DNA of 64,000 nucleotides, taken from the IMG/VR virus record IMGVR_UViG_3300042261_000615. The stretch is one strand, 5' to 3'. The notes below the pieces were generated by a model. The model saw only the letters and a list, made by a program, of their open reading frames with translations. It did no database searches and was not told the origin of the DNA. Shown one piece after another: positions 40,010 through 50,568 of this stretch (within the stretch, counting starts at the first letter, position 1; every line of letters starts with the position of its first letter). The stretch comes from an uncultured virus (IMG/VR IMGVR_UViG_3300042261_000615). Taxonomy: Duplodnaviria; Heunggongvirae; Uroviricota; Caudoviricetes. Both the position numbers and the translations under genes were made by a program.

Positions 40010-42343
40010 TTATCTTATAGTTGATACAGGTGCACCCGGTACATATGCGTTGGAAGTTTGTGAACTGACGTTCGATTCTATATTTTTGGTTATTTTCTTA
40101 CCATCCAAATAAACTGCGATTTTACCACTAATTAAATCGTTATGCAATGCTTTTATTTCGACCATCAATGGTTCTAAGTTTATAGTTTGATTAACGCCAG
40201 CAGTAACCACATTTCCACCCATACCTATCGTGCCTGAAAGTCCTTTTGCTAACCCAGGTGCAGCAATTACATCATCATTTGGTGATAATTCATACAATCC
40301 CCCCTCTTTAGTTGATATTTGTGTTTTTCCATCAGCAGGTGAAAATACGTCCCCAGCTTTCGACATAGCCCGACCAACCATAGAAATCATACCAATACCT
40401 GCGGCAATCGCAATAGGTATACCAAACGGACCTAACATACCAACAATAGAACTCCATATACTAGCAATTGCAGTACCTATTGATTTAGCAAACACCACAC
40501 CCAATACACCGCCAAGTGTAATTGCAAGTGCAATATTTTCCTTCAAAAAATTAACAATTATACTAAACCCTTCCGCTATTGCCTGTACTGGTAGCATTAT
40601 TAAATTTATAATTGGTATCAGTCCCGCTAATAGTGGTGATATTGTACTACCAAGAGTTGCCGCAATTCCTTTGAATAAATTTTCTAATTGTTCTAATTGC
40701 GATTGCTGCTCCTGTTGTATATTATATTGGGCCAGAGTATTCTTCAAATCACCCTTCTTTATGTTAGATAAATCCAATCCCCTAGCCATAGCTTCTTCCG
40801 CATTTTTTTTATCTTCTTCAGATAAACCAGCTAACTTTTTACGCATATTCAATTGTTTGGATATCTCATCAACACTCATGCCAGCGGCTTGGGCCATAGC
40901 TTTTTGTGCCCATATACTTTGATTCTGAAAATCACCGTTTCGTTCCAGTTGTGTGAGGATTTCATTCTGCATACCAACCATATCACCGGCGGCGGCTAGT
41001 GAACGAGCCTGTGTTAAATTAAAATTTCCACCAGCAATTGCCTGTGCATTTAATTCATCTTCAATACCGGTTTCAAAATCCAACATAGATTCCGCCGTCT
41101 TAGCCATATCCGTTATCGAAGACCCCAAACGAGCCGCTTGAACCGCTGCTTTGGTTAAAGCTTGGATATCACCATGAAAATATTCGGATGTAACCTCAGC
41201 ATTGTTTGCAATATCCTTAAAAACTTTATCAGGCGCAACTCCGGCTAACTTAGCCATACTAACTGTTTGTAACTGAACGTTTGCAGCAGTATCTGAAGTC
41301 AGTCCTCCAATGTTCTCAAATACGTTTTGAACCCCAGATAGCGCTTCAGATGATACACCAAAGTTCTTATTGAGTATAACCATTGCTCGGGTTGCATCTT
41401 CAGTTAAATCTACAGCTCCTGAAAATTGGTTTTTATATTCCGTCACAATATCATACACATCAGCAGCCTCAACCCCCAATCTAGCGTAATCACCAACTAT
41501 ATTATTTACATTAGCATCAATTTCTTTAGTTTGAGATGCAAGCATACCCGATTCCTTACGAAAATCCGATGCTGCTTTTTGTATATCAGTAAAATAAGAA
41601 ATCGCAGCTACCAACACACTACCAATTAATACCCATGGTATAGCCCCCGCGGCAGATGCACTTACAAATTTTTTAGTAAAAGATACCGCACTTTGAATGG
41701 ATTGGGGTGCGGATTGCAATAAATCTGATTGCATTTCATCTATAGCGAGTAACCGTTGTTTTTTATCGGATAATAATTGAGTTTCACGTACAGCAGCAAT
41801 TAATTGATTGGCAATTCTGTCACCGATATCAGCGCGTCTATCCTCAATATCTTGTATTTTTTGTTGAAATTCCGAAATACCTCTTATCGAATTTTCAGTT
41901 TCGGCGGTAGAAACGGCCTGTTCTGTTAAATTATGTATTTCATCCCTAAGAGATTGCGCACGTAGTTCAGCATTTTTCTTGATAATACCTGCACTATTGG
42001 ATTCAATAGATTCTTGTCGCGCCAATTCACGATTCATCTCATGAAGTAATGATGCGCTTCTACCATTAGATTCAAGTTGCTTTTTAACAGATACCGATAA
42101 CGCTTTATAAGATGCGGTAAGTGATGCAAACCCACTATTAGTATCTTTAGAAATTTTAAGTCTACGTTCCTCCGATTTAATTATTTTAGCAGTATCGGAA
42201 TATTGTTTCTGAAGTGTTGTAAGTCTATCACGCTCAACATCAGACAATAATTGTTTAGCCTTAAGTTCTTGTATAGAACTATCAGTTATTTGTTGTTGAA
42301 CTTTTAATGGTTTCAAATCTATACCATTCACGTCATCAGCCAT
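40010..42343 (-). CDS. Tape measure protein
   Basis: Long Ala/Leu-rich helical protein with hydrophobic Gly-rich segments; downstream of the chaperone genes. Confidence 0.75.
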   Translation of the reverse strand: MADDVNGIDLKPLKVQQQITDSSIQELKAKQLLSDVERDRLTTLQKQYSDTAKIIKSEERRLKISKDTNSGFASLTASYKALSVSVKKQLESNGRSASLLHEMNRELARQESIESNSAGIIKKNAELRAQSLRDEIHNLTEQAVSTAETENSIRGISEFQQKIQDIEDRRADIGDRIANQLIAAVRETQLLSDKKQRLLAIDEMQSDLLQSAPQSIQSAVSFTKKFVSASAAGAIPWVLIGSVLVAAISYFTDIQKAASDFRKESGMLASQTKEIDANVNNIVGDYARLGVEAADVYDIVTEYKNQFSGAVDLTEDATRAMVILNKNFGVSSEALSGVQNVFENIGGLTSDTAANVQLQTVSMAKLAGVAPDKVFKDIANNAEVTSEYFHGDIQALTKAAVQAARLGSSITDMAKTAESMLDFETGIEDELNAQAIAGGNFNLTQARSLAAAGDMVGMQNEILTQLERNGDFQNQSIWAQKAMAQAAGMSVDEISKQLNMRKKLAGLSEEDKKNAEEAMARGLDLSNIKKGDLKNTLAQYNIQQEQQSQLEQLENLFKGIAATLGSTISPLLAGLIPIINLIMLPVQAIAEGFSIIVNFLKENIALAITLGGVLGVVFAKSIGTAIASIWSSIVGMLGPFGIPIAIAAGIGMISMVGRAMSKAGDVFSPADGKTQISTKEGGLYELSPNDDVIAAPGLAKGLSGTIGMGGNVVTAGVNQTINLEPLMVEIKALHNDLISGKIAVYLDGKKITKNIESNVSSQTSNAYVPGAPVSTIR

Positions 42344-42374
42344 TGGGTAGCATTTTAAGTATTATCAACTATAA

Positions 42375-42644
42375 TTATTTAGTAATATCTATACCATACT
42401 TTTTCAATATAGCCACAGCATCTTTATCCTTTAACAAACGTAATCTAGCCTCATCGTTTAATTCAGCTATATCGCCATCCAATTTTTTTAATATAGGGTC
42501 GTTATCTATCAAATCATTGATTTGTTCACTTCTATGCGTTTTTGGTTTACCAAATAGGCCAAAAAAATTAGATACTTTAGATTCCGATAATTTATACTTT
42601 CTCATATAGTCAATATTATAGCGTTGTATGTATATAAATATCAT
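42375..42644 (-). CDS. Hypothetical protein (true start probably MRKYK)
   Basis: ORF with TATTTATA at 42633-42640. Confidence 0.5.
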   Translation of the reverse strand: MIFIYIQRYNIDYMRKYKLSESKVSNFFGLFGKPKTHRSEQINDLIDNDPILKKLDGDIAELNDEARLRLLKDKDAVAILKKYGIDITK

Positions 42645-42650
42645 TCAAAC

Positions 42651-42683
42651 AAAAAAGTTGGGAAACTATGATTTCCCAACTTT
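42651..42683 (-). terminator. Terminator
   Basis: aaagttgggaaa...tttcccaacttt. Confidence 0.65.
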
Positions 42684-42890
42684 AGGTATAACAGGTTTAT
42701 TTGATTTTTCAATATATTCCTTTTCTTTTTTCTTACTATCTGCAAGTTTTCGATAATAAAAGTTTCGTAAGTATGTTGGCATCCTATACAAATCCATCAT
42801 AGTAAACCCATTACCATAATAACACATCTCATAAATCTGAGTGTGTACATCAATACTATGCGTTTTCGGTAGGCCAAAAAAACCCGACAC
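42666..42890 (-). CDS. Tail/baseplate assembly chaperone, second part (possibly reached by frameshift)
   Basis: GFTMMDLYRMPTYLRNFY gp51/GT-like motif; overlaps the upstream gene across a T7 run. Confidence 0.6.
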   Translation of the reverse strand: MSGFFGLPKTHSIDVHTQIYEMCYYGNGFTMMDLYRMPTYLRNFYYRKLADSKKKEKEYIEKSNKPVIPKVGKS

Positions 42891-43620
42891 CCATAGTAAC
42901 GGGCACTACCTCACTTTCCCCATTTTCGTGAACATATTCTATATTCATATCTATATCAGGCGAAATGGATTTTATATAACTTCTAAATGCTTTGCTATCT
43001 CGTGCTAAAAACCTGTTGATAAATTTTGATATTTCACCTACGTCAGAATTGCCATTTACGGATTTTATCATATATCTAAACCGTGTTGTAATATCGTTTG
43101 GTTCATCTTTGTTTATTTTCGATAATGCGGCAATATCCTTATCAATTGCCAACTCATCACCGTGAGTCAACAGCTTAAACACAATAGTATCCTTACTGGT
43201 CGGTGTTATAAATTGGAATTCATTTTTGTTGTTATATAAATTCGTATTAATATCCTTAATTTTTATATCACCCAAATTTACAACAGTATCCACCATATCA
43301 CCCACTACAGTTGAGTAAAATCGAATAGGATATTCCGGCCCATATCCCAAAACACGCGTTGCAAGAATAATTGCATTTTTATCACCGATTACGATATCAT
43401 TTATATTTACTTTATCTACAATAATCGATTCAAATAATTTATCCAGAACAACACCCTTCTTAATCAAATTTTGTGATGATAAAATATCTTCTTCCTTTGC
43501 CGTCATATACTTTATTGTAATCCTACCAGATGATAACGGATTATCCAATGGATATACCTTCCCATTTGAAGGTAAATCGATAACTTCAACTGGAAATTCG
43601 AATTTATTTTCTTCTGCCAT
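42856..43620 (-). CDS. gp26-like baseplate hub assembly protein / tail chaperone
   Basis: IDLPSNG, MTAKEEDIL, GDKNAI...R..GYG, C-terminal FFWP. Confidence 0.75.
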   Translation of the reverse strand: MAEENKFEFPVEVIDLPSNGKVYPLDNPLSSGRITIKYMTAKEEDILSSQNLIKKGVVLDKLFESIIVDKVNINDIVIGDKNAIILATRVLGYGPEYPIRFYSTVVGDMVDTVVNLGDIKIKDINTNLYNNKNEFQFITPTSKDTIVFKLLTHGDELAIDKDIAALSKINKDEPNDITTRFRYMIKSVNGNSDVGEISKFINRFLARDSKAFRSYIKSISPDIDMNIEYVHENGESEVVPVTMGVGFFWPTENA

Positions 43621-43672
43621 AATTTATAACATTTAATCGTTTATATATAAATATATACTTTTTGAAAAAATC

Positions 43673-43709
43673 AAAAAAATAAGCCCCAATTTTATTTGAG
43701 GCTTATTTT
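43673..43709 (-). terminator. Terminator closing the MKKS gene array
   Basis: aaaataagcc...ggcttatttt. Confidence 0.6.
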
Positions 43710-43724
43710 ATAACATCGGTATTG

Positions 43725-44060
43725 TTATCGTATTCCAACAGATTTCAATAGTTTCTGAATTTTAAGAACTAACTCACCCTGTTCATCGGCTCCAAGTTTG
43801 TTGAAACCTTTAACATGCATCGTAAGCGCTTTGTAAATATCATCTTCAACTGCCTCAGTAACCACATCACCCGGTTCGGGCTTTTCGTCCTTACCTTTCC
43901 AAGCTGCATCAATCTTATCGAAAAATGCCTTCTTTTCATCATCACTCATATCTGTGATTTTCTTACCTGCTTTTTCCAAAGCCTTAGCGAAGAATTGCGC
44001 ATATTCACCTTCTTCTTTTATCATTTTACGGATTGATTCCCTTAATTGTGATTTTTTCAT
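43725..44060 (-). CDS. MKKS-leader protein 6
   Basis: MKKSQLRESIRKMIKEE. Confidence 0.75.
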   Translation of the reverse strand: MKKSQLRESIRKMIKEEGEYAQFFAKALEKAGKKITDMSDDEKKAFFDKIDAAWKGKDEKPEPGDVVTEAVEDDIYKALTMHVKGFNKLGADEQGELVLKIQKLLKSVGIR

Positions 44061-44061
44061 A

Positions 44062-44652
44062 TTATTTCAGATATTTTTTTATGAACCAATCAAACACAAT
44101 CTTTGCTGCGTTCTTATTACCTCTTAGTTTTTGTTGATAATAAGTTGGGGCATTTCCAAATGTATAATCACCAGAAACCCCATATACTTTGTGCATAGTT
44201 TTACCACCTTGTTGATAAGATTGTGCATATAAATTCCAAGACCAGTGGGGCATGGGTATTTTTTTAATTTCATCGGAAATCGGTCTACCCTCACCATCAA
44301 ACAAATGTTTAACCTTTTCCCAAGCGTCCGGTTCTAATAAAAGAACCATTGTCGGTTTACCTCCACCCGAATCTTCTTTATATACGTAATTCAGATTTTC
44401 AGTTAGTTTGGATTCATTTGACAATTTCTTTACTATTGCATCATAATCGACCATCGACAATACATCTTTGGATTTCGACATTCGAATTAAGTTTTCAGTC
44501 ACATCGTGCAAATCCATATCTGTCTTTGCATCTTCACGGGCGTACTCTAATAATCTAATAAGCAAGGGCACATCCACAGTTATGGTATCGATTGTATCCG
44601 ATTCTTCACGGATAATCGCACGGATTTCTTCGATAAGTTGTGATTTTTTCAT
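44062..44652 (-). CDS. MKKS-leader protein 5
   Basis: MKKSQLIEEIRAIIREE; internal LSNE/LTE. Confidence 0.75.
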   Translation of the reverse strand: MKKSQLIEEIRAIIREESDTIDTITVDVPLLIRLLEYAREDAKTDMDLHDVTENLIRMSKSKDVLSMVDYDAIVKKLSNESKLTENLNYVYKEDSGGGKPTMVLLLEPDAWEKVKHLFDGEGRPISDEIKKIPMPHWSWNLYAQSYQQGGKTMHKVYGVSGDYTFGNAPTYYQQKLRGNKNAAKIVFDWFIKKYLK

Positions 44653-44915
44653 ATTATTTCAGATATTTTTATAACAAATGAGTACTCTTCATCCGGATTA
44701 ATATTTTTAAGCATTCTTAATGCGGAATTTTTATCAACTGGTTTTGATGGTAGTTTTGAATAACCAAAATCACCACTTTTAGTCTTAAAAGATGCATACC
44801 ACCCCTTTTCCTTTGGAGTTATCGTTTTATCCAAGTTTGAATCATAAAATAATGCAGATTCATTCAGTCTGGAAATTTCTTCACGAATGATTTGTCTTAG
44901 TTCTGATTTTTTCAT
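44649..44915 (-). CDS. MKKS-leader protein 4
   Basis: MKKSELRQIIREEISRLNES. Confidence 0.75.
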   Translation of the reverse strand: MKKSELRQIIREEISRLNESALFYDSNLDKTITPKEKGWYASFKTKSGDFGYSKLPSKPVDKNSALRMLKNINPDEEYSFVIKISEII

Positions 44916-45130
44916 AATGTTTTGAGTGTTCGGTATAACTTCATAACTACCGCATCTTTATCTGTATCATTCATAACAGCATACATACCCAACAATTTCT
45001 TCCTATCGAATGATGGGTTTCCTTTTTTGTATTGGTCAATTGCCTTCATCATGTCACGTTGGGCATTGCTGGATTCTCTCAACCGTTTCAAATCCTCACC
45101 AATGATACTACGTAATTGCGATTTCTTCAT
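44912..45130 (-). CDS. MKKS-leader protein 3
   Basis: MKKSQLRSIIGEDLKRLRES. Confidence 0.75.
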   Translation of the reverse strand: MKKSQLRSIIGEDLKRLRESSNAQRDMMKAIDQYKKGNPSFDRKKLLGMYAVMNDTDKDAVVMKLYRTLKTL

Positions 45131-45402
45131 TTTTGTATCCGTTTGAATTCTTTGGATGATTTCAAATGGTTATCTGCCGCAATGACATCCAACATTTTGT
45201 CTATATGGCCGTATTTTTTCTTTTTGTACTCCCAATCATGATCACCAGCTCGCCATCCCTTATAGACACGTTTGCCGTTTACAAATACTTCAACATCAAC
45301 CCCGCCATCATAGGGGTCTCCAGCTATTGTATAATAGTTGTTACTTTCAGTGAGCCGATGGATTTCTTCTCGGATTATATTCCGTAATTCTGATTTTTTC
45401 AT
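45127..45402 (-). CDS. MKKS-leader protein 2
   Basis: MKKSELRNIIREEIHRLTES. Confidence 0.75.
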   Translation of the reverse strand: MKKSELRNIIREEIHRLTESNNYYTIAGDPYDGGVDVEVFVNGKRVYKGWRAGDHDWEYKKKKYGHIDKMLDVIAADNHLKSSKEFKRIQK

Positions 45403-45761
45403 ACTCCTTTAACTTTTTCAATTTTTGGGTCGTTGGCATCCCAAGTACGCCGACCATCCGTAGTGAGAACGGTTATGGTATTACCAGCTTTATTCACAAT
45501 AATACCTGTCAGATTCTCAGTACTATTGTGCACACTATCTCCCAATTTTGCCTTTTTAGCAGAAATTGGAGTATCCATTTTAGCTTGGGACTTTTCTTGT
45601 TTACCAACAGTAGTTGTATAACCCGCGATAGTTACCTTCGTATCAGGCCGCATCTTATGCTGTTTTTTATATTCTTGGAATTCGGCTGGAGTTTGAAATG
45701 ATAACTCACTTAGTTTCTGAATTTCTTCTCGCACCATTTGTCTCAATTCTGATTTCTTCAT
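45399..45761 (-). CDS. MKKS-leader protein 1
   Basis: MKKSELRQMVREEIQKLSE; TATTTATA at 45792-45799. Confidence 0.75.
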   Translation of the reverse strand: MKKSELRQMVREEIQKLSELSFQTPAEFQEYKKQHKMRPDTKVTIAGYTTTVGKQEKSQAKMDTPISAKKAKLGDSVHNSTENLTGIIVNKAGNTITVLTTDGRRTWDANDPKIEKVKGV

Positions 45762-45826
45762 ATCGGTATACGTACTTTTTTAGATTATACTTATAAATAT
45801 AATGTTTTTTGTTTTTACTTAAATTT

Positions 45827-46627
45827 CTATATATTGTATGAAGGGTGTAGTTTCATGTGACATTCTTTGCATAAAGTCTCACCACTTACACCATATTGAA
45901 TATGATAATCAATAACTTTATTCATTATATCACGCTTTTCTTCAAATGTGTATTCTTTATATTCATCAACGGACATATGTAATATATCAGCCATAGTTTC
46001 ATTTGTATGATGTACTTCTAAATTATGTGTACATCCACACCTCACACACTTAAATCCATCCCTAACTAAAATCGGATATACCCAATCCGTATATAATCTC
46101 TTATTTACTCTAACTAACGTATTTATAGATGATGTACCACCTTTCCAATTATGTGAACGTATACCATATTCAGCAATTATATTGCCTCGTTTCCATTGCG
46201 ATGACATTTGTGCCTTACGTCTTTGTATTTCAATTGGGTTGGAGTTAATGGCATTACTACCAATTTCACCATATTTTCTAACTCGTTCATCCGTTTCTTT
46301 AGTCAGGCCGGTATTCCAAACAGTACGTTCACCACTGTTGAACTGTTCTCTGCGAGTTTGAGATGATTTATCAATAGCTGATTGATTGTGTCCCCAATTA
46401 TTTACAACTCGTGCTATATGGCCCCGAATCCATTCTTTATACCCATATTTCAGTGATATGAATCTTGGAGTTTCACCGCAACCACATTTACATTTGGGTC
46501 TTTCATCACCATCTAACACATACATATCATAAAGAGTTTGGGCTGACAGTTGGTGTATACGCATACTATGAATACGCAAAGAATTCAAATTGTCAAACTC
46601 TTCATTGCAAATCGAACATTTAAGCAT
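45827..46627 (-). mobile_element. Free-standing HNH homing endonuclease
   Basis: C2H2-like finger, CKCGCG, WNTGLTKETD, RDGFKCVRCG..LEVHH...GETLCKECH. Confidence 0.85.
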
Positions 46628-46788
46628 AAAAATTTCCTTACATTTATATTATTTATATATAAATATAAGGAAATTTCAAAAACGTAAATATATGATTATG
46701 CAGTATTTACTAAATTTTGTATAATTTCAATTTATTACAAAAATCAATAATTAAGTAATAAATTAATATTTTTTAGTACGTTTTACTA

Positions 46789-47280
46789 TCAATACTCCAA
46801 AATCGCGTAGTCGTAGGAAATTCCCAATTCAACAGTCATTGGGTCATTGCTTGAAAAATCAACATCACCAAAATTAGCCGAATTGATAAACGCCCCCTTC
46901 AAAGTCCATTGTTCAACCTTATCACCTACTGGACCAAGAGAATAGAAATCCAAATCCTTCTTATAGAATTCAGCATATCCCCTGCGACCGGTTATTGATT
47001 CATGCCCCAATCGAATCCATTCCATTACACCTTGAGCGGCCGATGGTACGATGGGGTCGTATAACGTTATAGAGATGTCCTGCCATTCACCCTTTCCTTG
47101 CAATTTTCGTTTGATGTTTATATGGTCGAGAGTAATCGTTTCGAATTGGATTGATGGCCTAGCTGCCGTTTTCACCATATATGCGGGCAATCCATCGGAA
47201 AGCTTCATAATATAGCGATTTTTCATCTTAGGCTCGAAGTTCGTATAGAACATTTCGTTAAATTCTGCTATTTGTGCCAT
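46789..47280 (-). CDS. Tail tube protein (gp19-like)
   Basis: FEPKMKNRY, WQDISITLYDP, WTLKGAF, YDYA; downstream of the sheath. Confidence 0.88.
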   Translation of the reverse strand: MAQIAEFNEMFYTNFEPKMKNRYIMKLSDGLPAYMVKTAARPSIQFETITLDHINIKRKLQGKGEWQDISITLYDPIVPSAAQGVMEWIRLGHESITGRRGYAEFYKKDLDFYSLGPVGDKVEQWTLKGAFINSANFGDVDFSSNDPMTVELGISYDYAILEY

Positions 47281-47395
47281 TTTCTAAAAATTAATATTGT
47301 TATAGATTTGTGGTTTCTTTATAATAAATATATCGTAAAATTATTTTAAGTAATTTTGGGTGTATATATTCGATTTACATAGTATAAATATAATA

Positions 47396-47663
47396 TTATT
47401 TATTTTCCCACAAATATTTATACGAACCACAGTCCCAAATCCTATCATATCCGTTATTTTTCATATTTTGCCATTCGGATATAGTATCATCATATATTTT
47501 TAGCTTTTGAGATAGAATGTTTTTTTCTGACTGTAAATGATGATCCACATTGTACACAATATCGTATTTCATACGTTTTAGCGTTTCGGCTTATATCTCG
47601 ACACTCAATTGAACAATAATGTACGTTTTTAGTATCATTTCCACAAACTTCACATTTATTCAT
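47396..47663 (-). pseudogene. Internally deleted homing endonuclease remnant
   Basis: Zinc-ribbon start MNKCEVCG...YCSIEC...CVQCG joined out of frame at an A run to the tail SEWQNMKNNGYDRIWDCGSYKYLW. Confidence 0.7.
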
Positions 47664-47735
47664 TTACTTTACTATTAGTTATTTAGTATTACATATATAA
47701 TTATAACATTTTAATGCAAACGTACATAAAAGACA

Positions 47736-47768
47736 TAAAAAAGGGAACTTTTTTCAAAATTCCCTTTT
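47736..47768 (-). terminator. Terminator after the tail sheath
   Basis: aaaagggaa...ttccctttt. Confidence 0.7.
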
Positions 47769-47787
47769 AATTTATTGATTATTTTAC

Positions 47788-50103
47788 TTATGCGGAAAAA
47801 GCCGCTCCACCTGTTGGTAAAATATTGAAATCGATGACTATGAATTCCGCCGTTTTGGTCGGTTGAATATAAATTGCACCGGCAAGTATATTTCTATCAA
47901 TTACGTCAGGAGTATTATTAGTATCGTCCATAACTACTTTGAAAGCGTAAAGTCCTTGTCTTTGTTGTATTGCTTCAAGATATGGATTTACAGTATTCAA
48001 AAATTTAGAACGAGTAGCGGCAGTATTTTGTTCAAAAACAAGGTATCTACTTGTACTAGCCACAAACTTCTTCATAGTGATAAGTAAACGTCTAACATTG
48101 ATTCTATCCAACGCAGATGCCTTATCCTGCAAAGTCTTTTGTCCAAATGCCACAATACCTTGTCCAGGGAATGCTGCGATAGGATTGACTTTATTTTCAT
48201 ACAAAGTATCACGTTCGGCATGAGTCAAACGATTCAATACACTAACAGCCCCAACGATACCCCCACGATTCAATCCAGCAGGAGCCCACCATTCAGCGGC
48301 CAGTTTATCATTTGATGCATATACTGCTGGCAACAATACCGATGGGGGAACGGATATCAGTTTATTGGTATTCGTGTCTACCGTCTTAACCCAAGGATAG
48401 TAGGTTGCTGCATAGTTGGTATCAACTGCATTGGCTTGTTCAGCTGCATCATCAATTGTAGCGTCCGCTTTCGAAAAATCTGCAATATAAAATGCATCTT
48501 GTCTTGCTTCCACCATATCAATTATAGCAGTTGCAGTCGAATTATGTAATTGTTTGATAATACCAGGAGCAACTACCATATTGATATCCCACTCATCGGG
48601 ATTGGATATTGCGTTGATTGCTTTTTGGTATGCCAAAGAACCACTTGATGTTGAAGTTGCACAATTGAAACCTTGCGTATTGGCTTCTGAAATATCAGTA
48701 CCCAAATAAATAGGAACAATTGGATTCATACCATCATACCCTCCTTGGAATGCCAATGTAAATTGACGTTTAACCATATCAGCAGCGGATGAACCTGTCA
48801 TTACATATGATAATTGTGAATCAAATCCAAAGTCTACGTTTGCACCAACAGTTGCACCGGCGGGATATGCTTTAAGATATTGAGTATTATCGTTCACATA
48901 ATTGCTATTCTCAAAGTCAAACCCAGCATAATAGATTGGGTTGGTTGTTGTGTTGTTTGCAGATGAGGTGGTATATGTTACAGTAGGTATCGAAGCATCA
49001 GCGGCTATACCAGATACGGGAGTGGTATATGCTCCGTGTCCAAATGGTGCTGCTGATATTGGGAATGTTCCTGGTGCGGAAACTACTACACGGATACACT
49101 TTGATTTGTTTGCATAGTCTCCATACTCAGTAATCTTGCCGTTTGAATCGATTTCTACATATCGGTCACCAATACGTTTAGCAATATAATTAGGAGATGC
49201 TGGGTCAAGATTTACATTATTGTATGTTTCGATTACGGATTTACGTTTATCGGTATCCGAGTATGAACGAACCATTACACTAAATACGGAATAATCAGTA
49301 GCCCCATCTTCACCCGCCGCCTTAACATTAGAAATACTTACCTTATACTTTGTGTTGTATGCATCACCATGACCCAAAGTAACAAACTGGAATAAATCAT
49401 AACGTTGACCGCTAATCAATTGAGATTTTACCTGAGGTGTTGATGCTTCGCTATATGCGGGGGTATCAGATGTACCAGTAAAGTCTTGATTACCCATAAT
49501 TGATGCCGATAATATATAACTACCAGCAAGTAAGTTTGCAGTATCCTCAAAATAAGTATACGTATATGCCTTCTTATTTCCAAATGGACTTTGACCAAAT
49601 ACATCGGAAAGGTCGTTTGTAGCTGATGGTAAAACAGATGCGGATACACCTGCCAAATTCGATGCCGATACGAAGAATGATCCCGAAAGAGATCCTGTAC
49701 TGAATATCAACCCAGAAAATCCGGAATCAACACCCGTAGGTGCGCCAGTTGAAGTTGTTGTCAATACACCTATCAACTTCTTACCACCAATACTAGAACC
49801 ACTTGCGTAAATTGCGATTGGTGATGCCTTAGTGTGTCCACCTATACCTGCGACACGAACTATGGTAGCTGTACCGGCTTCACTTAAGTAATTTTTAACT
49901 GCGTAATCAGTATAATACGTACCATCAGGAGTCCCAAATATATTTTCAAATTCGGTAGCTGTATGCACAACCGTTGGTACGAAAGCTGGCCCTTGTTTGA
50001 ATGGTCCGATAAATGCGGCTCCAATCTCACCTACGCCCTGGGCCAAAAAGGACATGTCATTTTCACGAGTGAATACACCGGGTGATACAATTCTTTCTGC
50101 CAT
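47788..50103 (-). CDS. Contractile tail sheath protein (gp18-like)
   Basis: SPGVFTRE, WWAPAGLNRG, GQKTL, DRINVRRL, VFEQN, PTKTAEFI. Confidence 0.95.
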   Translation of the reverse strand: MAERIVSPGVFTRENDMSFLAQGVGEIGAAFIGPFKQGPAFVPTVVHTATEFENIFGTPDGTYYTDYAVKNYLSEAGTATIVRVAGIGGHTKASPIAIYASGSSIGGKKLIGVLTTTSTGAPTGVDSGFSGLIFSTGSLSGSFFVSASNLAGVSASVLPSATNDLSDVFGQSPFGNKKAYTYTYFEDTANLLAGSYILSASIMGNQDFTGTSDTPAYSEASTPQVKSQLISGQRYDLFQFVTLGHGDAYNTKYKVSISNVKAAGEDGATDYSVFSVMVRSYSDTDKRKSVIETYNNVNLDPASPNYIAKRIGDRYVEIDSNGKITEYGDYANKSKCIRVVVSAPGTFPISAAPFGHGAYTTPVSGIAADASIPTVTYTTSSANNTTTNPIYYAGFDFENSNYVNDNTQYLKAYPAGATVGANVDFGFDSQLSYVMTGSSAADMVKRQFTLAFQGGYDGMNPIVPIYLGTDISEANTQGFNCATSTSSGSLAYQKAINAISNPDEWDINMVVAPGIIKQLHNSTATAIIDMVEARQDAFYIADFSKADATIDDAAEQANAVDTNYAATYYPWVKTVDTNTNKLISVPPSVLLPAVYASNDKLAAEWWAPAGLNRGGIVGAVSVLNRLTHAERDTLYENKVNPIAAFPGQGIVAFGQKTLQDKASALDRINVRRLLITMKKFVASTSRYLVFEQNTAATRSKFLNTVNPYLEAIQQRQGLYAFKVVMDDTNNTPDVIDRNILAGAIYIQPTKTAEFIVIDFNILPTGGAAFSA

Positions 50104-50219
50104 GTTTAATATGTTTTTTAAGATTTATATGTAATAACATTTTATTACTTATATAAATATAATAAAAAAACCCAAAACACTAATATTTCGGGTTTTTAGA
50201 TAAGATTATATTTATGCAG

Positions 50220-50555
50220 TTATACGTTCCAAGGCAATTCGGTACGAATCTCAACCGTTTGTATCGGTGGAGCGGGCGGGTTTATTCGGCGTGATAGCAT
50301 ATCTTTAATTCTGCCATATTCATTTATTGAGTTCAGCCACCCCTTAACGATTTCTTCTGTCAATTCAGCATATTCTACAAATTCAGTATCAACAAAATCG
50401 GGTGATGAATTTAACGATACCCTGCGTAGTTCCTTAATAGTACGCGTACCATTTGAAACTTCGATTTCCACCCATACGGCAGTCACATAATTTGTTTGGT
50501 TGTTGTAGGAAGGTTCTACTTCCAGTTTCTTAATTGTTTCTGTAAATGTTACCAT
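50220..50555 (-). CDS. Small tail-associated protein
   Basis: FVEYAELTEEIVKGW...LPW; start moved to MVTF. Confidence 0.55.
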   Translation of the reverse strand: MVTFTETIKKLEVEPSYNNQTNYVTAVWVEIEVSNGTRTIKELRRVSLNSSPDFVDTEFVEYAELTEEIVKGWLNSINEYGRIKDMLSRRINPPAPPIQTVEIRTELPWNV

Positions 50556-50568
50556 AGTATTGTTTTTA

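Noticed and set aside
43725..45761. CRISPR array or diversity-generating retroelement
   Set aside because: The repeats are degenerate coding leaders spaced by whole genes; no cas or reverse transcriptase gene is in the window.
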